Below, in pieces: positions 48,404-56,907 of a DNA stretch of 64,000 bases (its first letter is position 1; every line of letters starts with the position of its first letter). Source of the stretch: a virus (Duplodnaviria; Caudoviricetes); the IMG/VR virus record IMGVR_UViG_3300033121_001571; one strand, given 5' to 3'. Made by a program: the position numbers and the translations under genes. Under the pieces are notes generated by a model, which worked only from the letters and a program-made list of their open reading frames with translations, did no database searches and had not been told where the DNA came from.

Positions 48404-49555
48404 ATGTTGGATATGTATGCAAGTCTAATGTTAAATGACAAGAACAGATTAAGAAAGACGTATCCAAGTATAAGACAAAAAGAACTTAATCTAGATGAAC
48501 AATATACGTTAAATTTTGACAGAAATCGACTTAGAAAAATATACAGTAATTTACGAATTCGACCACCCGTATCACTTTTATCAACAGAAATAAATTATCT
48601 TGATTTACGTGCAGCAATTATTACTGAAAATTGGGGAAGTTCTCTTCCAACTAGTACGCCTTCTGTAGTCACAAATCAAACTGGTGTTGGTAACGCAAAA
48701 GACACATGGCCATCAGATTGTTCTCGTGTTGATCAAATTACTGTATCAACGCAAAGAGGCGGCGTAAGTAGAGTTCATTTATGTTACCCTGCGGCTTCGC
48801 CTGCTCTTCACGCTGTACGTAATCGTTTAATTTTAATGCACAATGGACACTCAGAATCATATCTTTCTGATAGAAATCCTGGCACTGGTAGTGCATACCT
48901 AATGTATAGATTATTACGACAAGGATACCACGTACTATCACCATGTATGCCAACAGATGGGTGGAACGCAAGTCAAAGTTTCACTAAACTTGACTCTACA
49001 CCAGTAACAATATCAAATCACGATTTTTCTGTCTTAGAGACTGACGGTGCAAAACCTCTAAGATTTTTTGTTGATGGCTCTTTAGTAGCAATAAATTATG
49101 TTCTTAACCTGTTTGGTTGGACGTATGTTGATGCAGTAGGAATATCAGGCGGAGGATGGACCATTGATTTTATTTCTTCACTTGATACTAGAATTCGTAG
49201 ATCTATACCTGTATTTGGTTCATTGCCTTTTTACCTCAGACAGGCCGCGGGGGGTCCAGGTGATAATGGCGACTGGGAACAATCATCTAATAGACCGTGG
49301 TGGACTATATTAGGTGATTATGAGTCAACATGCATTCTAAATTGTATTGATAATGGAAGAAAAAGAATTCAGTGTTTAGGTATGACAGATACCATCTTTC
49401 CAGCAGCTACAATTTTACCACAGATAAGTGCTTATCAAGCATTTGTAGATTCAAAAGTTCCAGTCGGACAACACGTTATTTGGATTGATTCTACAGCCGC
49501 TGGGCATTGGTACACTGAATCAATGATTGATCAAATTGTCAATTATCTAGAGTAG
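48404..49555 (+). CDS. Alpha/beta hydrolase
   Basis: HNGH; GISGGG nucleophile elbow; D..F; C-terminal GH. Confidence 0.7.
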   Translation: MLDMYASLMLNDKNRLRKTYPSIRQKELNLDEQYTLNFDRNRLRKIYSNLRIRPPVSLLSTEINYLDLRAAIITENWGSSLPTSTPSVVTNQTGVGNAKDTWPSDCSRVDQITVSTQRGGVSRVHLCYPAASPALHAVRNRLILMHNGHSESYLSDRNPGTGSAYLMYRLLRQGYHVLSPCMPTDGWNASQSFTKLDSTPVTISNHDFSVLETDGAKPLRFFVDGSLVAINYVLNLFGWTYVDAVGISGGGWTIDFISSLDTRIRRSIPVFGSLPFYLRQAAGGPGDNGDWEQSSNRPWWTILGDYESTCILNCIDNGRKRIQCLGMTDTIFPAATILPQISAYQAFVDSKVPVGQHVIWIDSTAAGHWYTESMIDQIVNYLE

Positions 49556-49561
49556 ATAATC

Positions 49562-49864
49562 CTATTTTATGGGAGTTAGAAGCCAAGAAGATTTATCGCT
49601 TTTGGAGTGCATAATCATTAACAATTCGTTAGAATCGATCGAAAAACAAAGCAACATATAGGTTGATCTAGCGTAAAAAATATGATCACTCAAATTTCCA
49701 AGATCAACGTAACCAATCACTAGCAACTTCGTGTTTGGTTTAATGATCTTTTTGATGGGTGGAACATGAGCTGTTTTTCTAAAAGTGTTTAACTCATTTA
49801 TGTCATAAGAGATAGTGTCATAATCTTTTAAGATGATTATCTTGCCAAGAAGATTATTTTTCAT
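49562..49864 (-). CDS. Hypothetical protein
   Basis: ORF track. Confidence 0.45.
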   Translation of the reverse strand: MKNNLLGKIIILKDYDTISYDINELNTFRKTAHVPPIKKIIKPNTKLLVIGYVDLGNLSDHIFYARSTYMLLCFSIDSNELLMIMHSKSDKSSWLLTPIK

Positions 49865-50045
49865 CTTTTCTCACGCCCAAAGTCTCAATAGCTTTTGAGA
49901 CTATATGCACTAACACGTAACTGTTCAAAACGAAAAAGGTTGGATCGTAACTGTCAACTTTCTTTGAAACAAAGAAAGAAAACACTACAACGACCAACCA
50001 CAACACGTCAAAAATTGAACTTGAGTTTTTCATATTCTAAATAAA

Positions 50046-50077
50046 GCAAAAGCTGGCTCAAAAGAGCCAGCTTTTGC
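50046..50077. terminator. Intrinsic terminator hairpin
   Basis: GCAAAAGCTGGCTC-AAAA-GAGCCAGCTTTTGC just downstream of the vWA gene. Confidence 0.75.
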
Positions 50078-50089
50078 GCTAAAGATCAC

Positions 50090-51751
50090 TCAGCGCCAAG
50101 CGCCCTTGAGGATCTTGTTTTTGTCAACGCAGATCTGCAACTCAGATGATTCGAAGTTCAACTTGCATCCACTTCCCAGTACCCAACCACGTCGACCACG
50201 GCATGCACCGGGTGCAGGAGCGATACCGTCAGTCATGATCAATAAACCGTCCCACATACCACGGTTAACCGGATCATTAAAGACATTAGTTGGAGCATCG
50301 AAGTCCGTACCTCCCATCTTGTCTCTACGAGGGTTCAACTTCTGCCCTCGCTTCCACTCGTAGACGTCTTTAACGTCCGCGGCACAGTCAAATGGCAGGA
50401 TCGAGATGTTGACTTTCTTAGTCAACGTTGCCAGCTCAGCAAAGAACTGAACGAGCATCTCATCACCAACCGATCCACTCTGATCAATGGCAATCAACAG
50501 CTTTGCGACTCTCGCTCTCTTCATCCCGGGATGAATGTAGGGGAATCGTCTGTTGATTCGTTTGATCGAAGTAGTGCGACCAGCGGGATTCAAGTTCCCA
50601 ACGAACTGTCGCAAGACCATTCGCCAGTCAATCTGATTGCTGACGCTCCTGCGGATTTCATCACGGACAGACGCTGGGATGCTTCCCCATCCGTCAGAAC
50701 TCTGATCTGCCGCAGCGACCGCTGCAGCGACGATCGAGTTGATCTTTGCTTCGATTGCATCACGTTTCTCATCGGGAATGTTGTCCCACACGTCGTGGTT
50801 ATCGAGCGTCTCGATACCGACGTCTTTCAGACCGTAAGGATCGTCGCCAGTGTGACCCTCGTCACAGTCTTCTTCGTGATCACACGGATTTCCTTGCCCG
50901 TGAGTGTGATTGGGATCGTTCTCGTCTCCATTTTCACCCTCACCGTCCGAGCCGTTGTCAGACGGGTTTTCGCCAGGCGAAGAGCCCTTCTCGCCCTTAC
51001 CCTTCTGACCCTTGTCTTTCTGACCCTCGGGCTTGTCGCTCGGATCGTTACCGTTGTCGCCTTGAGTGCCGTCTTTTCCGTCACTCTGAGAGTTCGACGG
51101 ATCACTTTCACTCTGGCTCTGACTTCCCGAGCCAGAACTCTTCTGAGTGATCTTCCCGGGAGGACCAGACATGGGATTGCCACACTTCGAACAGAACTCC
51201 TCCTTCTGCCAGAAGCCGAGAATACTACCGTAGTAGTACTCCGATGCTTCGAGCGTGGGCATCTTTTCAATGTGTTTCGCGAACTTCGTTGCTCCGTTCT
51301 CAGTCTTGGTAGCTTTCCGATCCTTGGGAGGAGTGGGAAGCTTTCCAGGGACAAGAACACAAGAGGGCAGGTGGTTCTTCTCGTTAGAAGTAGCGTTCTT
51401 GTCGAGAATAACGCTGTTGATAGCCAAGTCAGTACTGATGTTCCACGCGACGGGCGGGAACTTTCTACGAGTAGTGAGATGACCGAAAATAGCGTGGTAA
51501 AACTCGTGCTTCACCACACCCACAAGCTCGTTGTCTGACAGACCATCGAGAAACTTGGGATTGTAGTACATGACGAGTTCGTCATCACTCGATTCAAACG
51601 TGATAGCTGCGGTTGGAATGTCGTCTGTGGCAATCTTTCGCGTTCTACGCGAAATCTCAGCCCAGAATGGAGTCTGGAAAATTTCCGACTTGATGATCTT
51701 TCGATCGAGGACCTCTGGGTCCGAGTCGGTTGGTCTAAAGGTTCTTGCCAT
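50090..51751 (-). CDS. Metallopeptidase (HExxH) + vWA protein (DUF2201-like)
   Basis: HEFYH; acidic Gly/Ser linker; MIDAS DQSGS; GGTDF; MTDG. Confidence 0.88.
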   Translation of the reverse strand: MARTFRPTDSDPEVLDRKIIKSEIFQTPFWAEISRRTRKIATDDIPTAAITFESSDDELVMYYNPKFLDGLSDNELVGVVKHEFYHAIFGHLTTRRKFPPVAWNISTDLAINSVILDKNATSNEKNHLPSCVLVPGKLPTPPKDRKATKTENGATKFAKHIEKMPTLEASEYYYGSILGFWQKEEFCSKCGNPMSGPPGKITQKSSGSGSQSQSESDPSNSQSDGKDGTQGDNGNDPSDKPEGQKDKGQKGKGEKGSSPGENPSDNGSDGEGENGDENDPNHTHGQGNPCDHEEDCDEGHTGDDPYGLKDVGIETLDNHDVWDNIPDEKRDAIEAKINSIVAAAVAAADQSSDGWGSIPASVRDEIRRSVSNQIDWRMVLRQFVGNLNPAGRTTSIKRINRRFPYIHPGMKRARVAKLLIAIDQSGSVGDEMLVQFFAELATLTKKVNISILPFDCAADVKDVYEWKRGQKLNPRRDKMGGTDFDAPTNVFNDPVNRGMWDGLLIMTDGIAPAPGACRGRRGWVLGSGCKLNFESSELQICVDKNKILKGAWR

Positions 51752-51844
51752 GGCTGCACTCTATTCTAGGCAAAGATTCTTTGCACTGTGTGCGCTTTCT
51801 CTGACGCACCACACGCCTCCTTTGGACACCGTCTTTGCTCAGTG

Positions 51845-51954
51845 ACTGCTTCAGCCCACCGTGGGCCCACGGTGGGCTTTGTAACGCACTATAACAGTTA
51901 CCCCTTACTAGAAATAAAAAAGCCCACCGTGGGCCCACGGTGGGCTGAAGCAGT
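51845..51954. repeat. 36-bp inverted repeat, each arm holding a perfect 26-bp palindrome
   Basis: AGCCCACCGTGGGCCCACGGTGGGCT at 51853-78 and 51921-46. Confidence 0.92.
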
Positions 51955-51964
51955 GAGCTGGAAA

Positions 51965-52357
51965 TTATTGATTCAATCTTTCATAGATGTCTTTCATAAG
52001 TTTGAAAGATAACACGCTGATTTCTTTTGAAAGTTGAAAAAGGTACACAAGTTTAGGAACGTGTTTGACTGGAATAAGCAAGCGTTCATAATATGAACTT
52101 TCAGGTATGATTGCTACAGACCCATCATTCAACACAACTGTGAACGTGTTTTGAAACATATCATCTTTGTAAGAGTGATCAATGACCACACACACTGTGT
52201 ATGCTGTACGTTGATCGCTTGGATCACCAAAGTAAACATTCGTGAGATTTTGAAAATTAGAGTGTTTATTTTGCGACACATCAGCAGTGTGTTGCAAAGC
52301 ACAAAGACATTGTACATAAACAAGATCTCCAACTTTTATCTTATATCTGTCTAACAT
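51965..52357 (-). CDS. Hypothetical protein (paralog of 52362-52766)
   Basis: MLDRYKIKVGDLV vs MLDKYKIKAGDLV. Confidence 0.6.
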   Translation of the reverse strand: MLDRYKIKVGDLVYVQCLCALQHTADVSQNKHSNFQNLTNVYFGDPSDQRTAYTVCVVIDHSYKDDMFQNTFTVVLNDGSVAIIPESSYYERLLIPVKHVPKLVYLFQLSKEISVLSFKLMKDIYERLNQ

Positions 52358-52361
52358 TAGA

Positions 52362-52766
52362 TCATCTTTGTGATCTACGTTTTAGTAGATTTTTACATTC
52401 AAATTTTAACGTCTTATAGAGACAACTCAACGTCTGTTCTAAAAGCAGCACGAACACTAACTTGTCTGATATGGGTTCTAACGGCAACAGTGAATTGTCA
52501 AAACGAAATTCATTCACAGAAAGCTTGACACCAGTGCCAGACAACACTAGATCATAGCAACAATTTTCAGGATTTTCATCATCAACGTGTTTGATGATCA
52601 AACACAAAAGATACTTCTCGTGGATTTGAGATGTTTCATTGAAGAACATACAAGATCTTGTGTTCTTAAGAGAAACATTTATGTTATTTTTGAAAAAATC
52701 ACTCAATACAGTGTTGAAATTTACCCAGACAAGATCACCAGCTTTTATCTTGTACTTGTCTAACAT
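52362..52766 (-). CDS. Hypothetical protein (paralog of 51965-52357)
   Basis: Shared N-terminus. Confidence 0.6.
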   Translation of the reverse strand: MLDKYKIKAGDLVWVNFNTVLSDFFKNNINVSLKNTRSCMFFNETSQIHEKYLLCLIIKHVDDENPENCCYDLVLSGTGVKLSVNEFRFDNSLLPLEPISDKLVFVLLLEQTLSCLYKTLKFECKNLLKRRSQR

Positions 52767-53025
52767 TAGAACTCACGTGCCATCCCACGGAAACCACGCG
52801 TTTTTACTTATGTCATATTCTTTTGTTTTGACAAGCCATGAAAAAAGAGAGATAAAGTAAAGTGCTAATTTCACTTGATCGACTTGAAGTACGCTTGTAC
52901 AGTTATGTACCTAGCTTCATAGCGTGGTATTTTACAGTGCTTTACTATCTCAGACATCACAGATTTTGGTGAATACCCTTGTGATATCATCTTTTTTGCA
53001 AAAAGCACAATTGTAGTGTCGTAAA

Positions 53026-53232
53026 TCATTGAAATGTTCTGTTGAACTCTGAAAGAAGAGTGTTTATTTCGTTGTTTAAGGATGTCAGTATTGACATAAT
53101 CTGAGTGCGAGTTTTTGGATCACTTGTCTGTGCGGATAGAGACTGTAATTCGCACTTCAGATTATCTAGCAACCTTATTCCCTTATAGATCCCAGTAGCG
53201 TGGGATCTTTCTTCACTGTGGGAGTACTTCAT
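53026..53232 (-). CDS. Hypothetical protein
   Basis: Coupled operon. Confidence 0.5.
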   Translation of the reverse strand: MKYSHSEERSHATGIYKGIRLLDNLKCELQSLSAQTSDPKTRTQIMSILTSLNNEINTLLSEFNRTFQ

Positions 53233-53516
53233 AGTGAATTTAATTTTGTTCTTTTTACTCGCTTTTTTGAGAAGATCTGAAGATCTTCGTCAGGCGTTGA
53301 CTCTTTGTCTTCTGGTGTTTGAACTTCTGCTTCAATTTGTTGAGACTTCTTTTGAAAGAAGTCTCCGTTCAATACATCGTTCACAACAGAATTCAGAAAA
53401 CAACTTGATTCTAACTGTTCTAAAGTCAGAATCTCATTCTCTTGAAGATAATCTTCTATTGACATATTTCTACGCATTAAGAACTTGCTTAATGGAGTCT
53501 TGTTTTTGTTCATCAA
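53229..53516 (-). CDS. Hypothetical protein
   Basis: Coupled operon. Confidence 0.55.
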   Translation of the reverse strand: MMNKNKTPLSKFLMRRNMSIEDYLQENEILTLEQLESSCFLNSVVNDVLNGDFFQKKSQQIEAEVQTPEDKESTPDEDLQIFSKKRVKRTKLNSL

Positions 53517-53776
53517 ATTTCTTTCAAGAGGTGTAATTTTGTCAGAATTTCTGACACAACAGATTGAAATTTTGGAGACCTAGCAAGCGCTTCTGCTTGT
53601 TCTTTGGTCATACATAAATTATTCGCTGCTGATAGTTCTGATACAAATTTTCTCATAACACGAAGAACATAATTTCTAGCAGAACTGTGGTTCATTTCAA
53701 AACCAATTATTGTCATAGCTTTAGCGATATCTCTATAGTTGACGCCATCATCATCATTTACTGTTGCGTATTTCAT
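53513..53776 (-). CDS. Small HTH protein resembling sigma region 4.2
   Basis: GVNYRDIAKAM...NHSSARNYVLRVMRKF. Confidence 0.55.
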   Translation of the reverse strand: MKYATVNDDDGVNYRDIAKAMTIIGFEMNHSSARNYVLRVMRKFVSELSAANNLCMTKEQAEALARSPKFQSVVSEILTKLHLLKEI

Positions 53777-53982
53777 CAGTAAATTTTTCTCTTTCTATTT
53801 GTTGACTGTTTGTGAGACACGAATGTTAACTTTGGTAACGGTTGGTTTGTGATATAGATCCAGTCTGGAATTTGACCGTCATACAGACTTGTGAGAATTT
53901 TATTCACAAAATCGCTGTTTGATGGTACAGTAAACAGTGGCTCATCCATGACTGTGCGTCTGTCGTACACGTAGTATGTCAT
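53776..53982 (-). CDS. Hypothetical protein
   Basis: Coupled operon. Confidence 0.5.
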   Translation of the reverse strand: MTYYVYDRRTVMDEPLFTVPSNSDFVNKILTSLYDGQIPDWIYITNQPLPKLTFVSHKQSTNRKRKIY

Positions 53983-54215
53983 TTTGTCTTCTCAACAAGA
54001 TTTTTACCCGCATTGTTCATATCAATGAATCGTTGCATCAACTGCGCACTCAAGTCTTCTGTCATATCTTTTTTTCTTGGAGAAGTCTGTTCTCTTTTTA
54101 AGAGAGACAACATCTCTGATAGGTTTTTAACATTCATGATTAACACGATGTTTGTCACTAAAGTCGCAGCTGACACAATCATCAAAAACATAAGCATGAA
54201 AATTTCAGTGTTCAC
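53979..54215 (-). CDS. Small membrane protein
   Basis: N-terminal transmembrane helix. Confidence 0.55.
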   Translation of the reverse strand: MNTEIFMLMFLMIVSAATLVTNIVLIMNVKNLSEMLSLLKREQTSPRKKDMTEDLSAQLMQRFIDMNNAGKNLVEKTK

Positions 54216-54904
54216 AGTAAGTTGAACCTTAGCTTTAAGACTGCGAGCTCTTTTGGAGTCAAAGTCTTAAGTGCTGCTGCGATAGTTCTTTCAGCTTCTT
54301 TTGAAACTAACATATCGTATGGATCAGAGTGTTCAGATTCATCAACTAACCGATCTATTTCAGATCTCTTGTCTGGAGATGAATCGCTAAGAGAAACAAC
54401 GTTCTCTTTGATGAGCATAGCAGCTTTTAACACTTTTTCGCTGACGTCAAGAGTAGAAGCAAGTTCCTCAACAGTCGGTTCTTGATCTTCTTCTAAGTGA
54501 AGACGATCTTGAACGTTCTGAGCAGCACGCTTCTGCACGTTATCAGCGTGAGCTGGCAATCTGATCAGACGTTTGTTATTCAACAGGTGTGTACCTATTG
54601 CTTGTCTGATCCACCAGACTGCATAAGTTTTGAATTGAAATCCCTTTGTTGGATCAAATTTTTCAATAGCTTTTAGTAAACCAATATTTCCTTCTTGGAC
54701 TAGGTCGTCCAGAGGAATTCCCTTAGACTTGTACGCCAAAGCAAGTTTATACACTAAACGTAAGTTTGATTTTACAAGTTTATCTCTTGCAGAAGAGACA
54801 TCTTTACCTGATCTAAGCCTAGAAAATAGCTCGTTTGTTTCTTCTTTTGAAAGAACGTTGTTTTTTGAGATAGTTTCAGATAAAAAGCTTTTGATTTTCT
54901 TCAA
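54212..54904 (-). CDS. Sigma-70 family factor (RpoD/RpoS-like) ending before region 4.2
   Basis: NLRLV, DLVQEGNIGLLKAIEKFDPTKGFQFKTYAVWWIRQAI, IRLP; ends LTPKELAVLKLRFNLL*. Confidence 0.9.
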   Translation of the reverse strand: MKKIKSFLSETISKNNVLSKEETNELFSRLRSGKDVSSARDKLVKSNLRLVYKLALAYKSKGIPLDDLVQEGNIGLLKAIEKFDPTKGFQFKTYAVWWIRQAIGTHLLNNKRLIRLPAHADNVQKRAAQNVQDRLHLEEDQEPTVEELASTLDVSEKVLKAAMLIKENVVSLSDSSPDKRSEIDRLVDESEHSDPYDMLVSKEAERTIAAALKTLTPKELAVLKLRFNLL

Positions 54905-54914
54905 AAGAAAAACC

Positions 54915-55157
54915 TCAGTAGTCTACTTGGTTGTTTTGAAGCCACGTTTTGTGATATTCTGCTCTTTGAGCTCTCATAGAAAGCTCACGTTGAACATAAC
55001 ACAAATACTCTTCAATATCTTTTGACTTTTGTTTTGTCTTATAAGACCGCACGATATCACTCTTCACAGCTTTTTCTTCTGCAAAGAGTTCATCATCAGT
55101 CAGTAATGCGAGGTGTTCAGCCCACGAGATCTCAGTCACAGACTCTGTCTTCTTCAT
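54915..55157 (-). CDS. Hypothetical protein
   Basis: ORF between tRNA array 2 and the sigma gene. Confidence 0.55.
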   Translation of the reverse strand: MKKTESVTEISWAEHLALLTDDELFAEEKAVKSDIVRSYKTKQKSKDIEEYLCYVQRELSMRAQRAEYHKTWLQNNQVDY

Positions 55158-55195
55158 CTATTCTATTGTTGATTGAAACGCACTTAATTGTGCAG

Positions 55196-55266
55196 CTGGT
55201 GGACAAGGATTCGAACCTTGATTCAGCGGGTCAAAGCCGCTCGTCCTGCCGTTGAACGATCCACCA
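55196..55266 (-). tRNA. tRNA-Gln(TTG)
   Basis: Loop CT-TTG-AC. Confidence 0.9.
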
Positions 55267-55302
55267 ATGAATTGTAACAGATGTAAGTTACATCAAACTA
55301 AG

Positions 55303-55370
55303 CGTGCACAGATAGAATCGAACTATCTTCGAGAGTTTTGGAGGCTCTCTCGTCACCTTGACGTGTGCAC
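55303..55370 (-). tRNA. tRNA-Trp(CCA), short D-arm
   Basis: Loop CT-CCA-AA, G73. Confidence 0.78.
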
Positions 55371-55375
55371 ATTTG

Positions 55376-55449
55376 TGGATCCGACGAGATTTGAACTCGT
55401 AACCTCCTGAGTGCAAAACAGGCGTTCTCCCAGTTAGAACTACAGACCC
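55376..55449 (-). tRNA. tRNA-Ala(TGC)
   Basis: Loop TT-TGC-AC, G3:U70. Confidence 0.9.
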
Positions 55450-55450
55450 G

Positions 55451-55522
55451 TAACAGCGGTGGGACTCGAACCCACGACCTCCGGGTTATGAACCCGGCAA
55501 GCTGCCACTGCTCCACGCTGCT
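55451..55522 (-). tRNA. tRNA-fMet(CAT)
   Basis: GGG/CCC anticodon stem, loop TT-CAT-AA. Confidence 0.88.
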
Positions 55523-55524
55523 AG

Positions 55525-55595
55525 CAGTTCTTGAAGGATTCGAACCTTCATTCTCTGGGTCAGAGCCAGGCGTCCTGCCGTTGGACGAAAGAACT
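55525..55595 (-). tRNA. tRNA-Gln(CTG)
   Basis: Loop CT-CTG-AC. Confidence 0.88.
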
Positions 55596-55648
55596 GTGTT
55601 GTTAGTAACTATACACTACTTGTTTCTGTGTACATCATGAAAATCACT

Positions 55649-55724
55649 TGGTGGGTGCGGAGGGAGTCGAACCCGCAACCTACTGGTTAAAAGCCAGCTG
55701 CTCTGCCGATTGAGCTACACACCC
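55649..55724 (-). tRNA. tRNA-Lys(TTT)
   Basis: Loop CT-TTT-AA, CCA. Confidence 0.92.
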
Positions 55725-55729
55725 GTTTG

Positions 55730-55806
55730 TCGGTCTGAAGGGATTCGAACCCTTATCTGTCTCCTTAAGAGGGAGCTATGTTAAGTACCATTAACACCAC
55801 AGACCG
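55730..55806 (-). tRNA. tRNA-Lys(CTT)
   Basis: Loop CT-CTT-AA. Confidence 0.85.
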
Positions 55807-55810
55807 TTAG

Positions 55811-55882
55811 CTTACGGGGTGGGAATCGAACCCACGTTGGACAAGTTAACAGCTTGTTGCCTGGCCTCTAGGCTACCCGTAA
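55811..55882 (-). tRNA. tRNA-Asn(GTT)
   Basis: Loop CT-GTT-AA. Confidence 0.9.
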
Positions 55883-55889
55883 ATGATTG

Positions 55890-55969
55890 CTGGCATGACT
55901 GGATTCGAACCAGTATCTTCTTGGTTAACAGCCAAGCGCACTTCCTGCTTTCGTTTGTGCTACACGCCA
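55890..55969 (-). tRNA. tRNA-Asn(GTT), enlarged D-loop
   Basis: Loop CT-GTT-AA; ~15-nt D-loop. Confidence 0.82.
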
Positions 55970-55978
55970 ATGATTAAG

Positions 55979-56050
55979 CGCTTCGTATGGGATTTGAACC
56001 CATCTCACGTGATCGACAGTCACGCAGCATCACCAGATGCTTTACGAAGC
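55979..56050 (-). tRNA. tRNA-Asp(GTC)
   Basis: Loop CT-GTC-GA. Confidence 0.85.
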
Positions 56051-56078
56051 AAAAACACCTCTCTAAATTTTCAATCAG

Positions 56079-56160
56079 TGCAGTGTCTGAGAGTCGAACT
56101 CAGTTGGCCAGCGACAGATGATTTACAGTCATCCCCCGAACCCTACGGGACTACCACTGC
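56079..56160 (-). tRNA. tRNA-Tyr(GTA)
   Basis: Loop CT-GTA-AA, variable arm. Confidence 0.82.
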
Positions 56161-56330
56161 AGACTCAGGATTTATTTTTTTTTCACCCCGAGTTGATCTC
56201 GAGGTTGACTCGAGATCAAAAGTTCTGCCAATAATCTTGGCAAGCATACGCTTGCTTTTTATTTTTGAACTTGTTATTCATGATCTCTCTCGTAAGTATA
56301 CAACAATGCGTAATTATTTACATAATTTTG

Positions 56331-56403
56331 TGAGCTGAAGAAGAATTGAACTTCACTCAAGATGTTTATCAGACATCTTAGGTCAACCTGACCGTCTCAG
56401 CCC
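56331..56403 (-). tRNA. tRNA-Ile(GAT)
   Basis: Loop CT-GAT-AA. Confidence 0.82.
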
Positions 56404-56409
56404 ATTCTA

Positions 56410-56437
56410 AGTATAACTACTCTTTGTGAGGTGTTCA
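56410..56437 (-). promoter_or_regulatory. Putative promoter TGAACA-N16-TATACT upstream of tRNA-Ile
   Basis: Recurring motif; -10 ends 6 nt before the tRNA 5' end. Confidence 0.65.
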
Positions 56438-56677
56438 CTCTGCGGTTTTTAAATTCACTAACACTCTGAGCGTGCAATTGCACTGTGACTCAACAACTTT
56501 AGATTCTAACCAAAAAACAACAGTCTCTTTTTTGCACTCTTCGCAAGAACCAGGATGATTTGATATCACTATGAACTGTGTTAATCCTCGAACGTCGAAT
56601 CCTATGTAGAGTTGTCCAACAACTGGTGGAGGTTTTTTATACCAGTTTTCCCACCTGTTGCGGGAATTTTGTTTCAC
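56435..56677 (-). CDS. Hypothetical protein
   Basis: Coupled ORF. Confidence 0.45.
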   Translation of the reverse strand: MKQNSRNRWENWYKKPPPVVGQLYIGFDVRGLTQFIVISNHPGSCEECKKETVVFWLESKVVESQCNCTLRVLVNLKTAE

Positions 56678-56907
56678 GTAGTGTCCTCTTCAGAAGTAGA
56701 AGACACTTCACCCTCTTGTGAACTGTTAGAATTTGTGTCACCAGTCAAGGCTGGATGTGCCATTGGCAGTCCAGCCCTGGGTCTCATTCCCAAGTAATCA
56801 TATGGATCTTGCGGTCTGCCAGGATTATCTGACGGATCTGTGTTTATTTCAAACAGAAACTTTCTGATTTGAGTCTTCAATTCTCTTACAGAGAGAACTA
56901 ACTTCAC
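56674..56907 (-). CDS. Hypothetical protein
   Basis: ORF track. Confidence 0.45.
   Translation of the reverse strand: MKLVLSVRELKTQIRKFLFEINTDPSDNPGRPQDPYDYLGMRPRAGLPMAHPALTGDTNSNSSQEGEVSSTSEEDTT

Noticed and set aside
50531-51538. 335-aa + strand ORF and other nested ORFs
   Set aside because: Antisense shadows of the GC-rich vWA gene with no motifs
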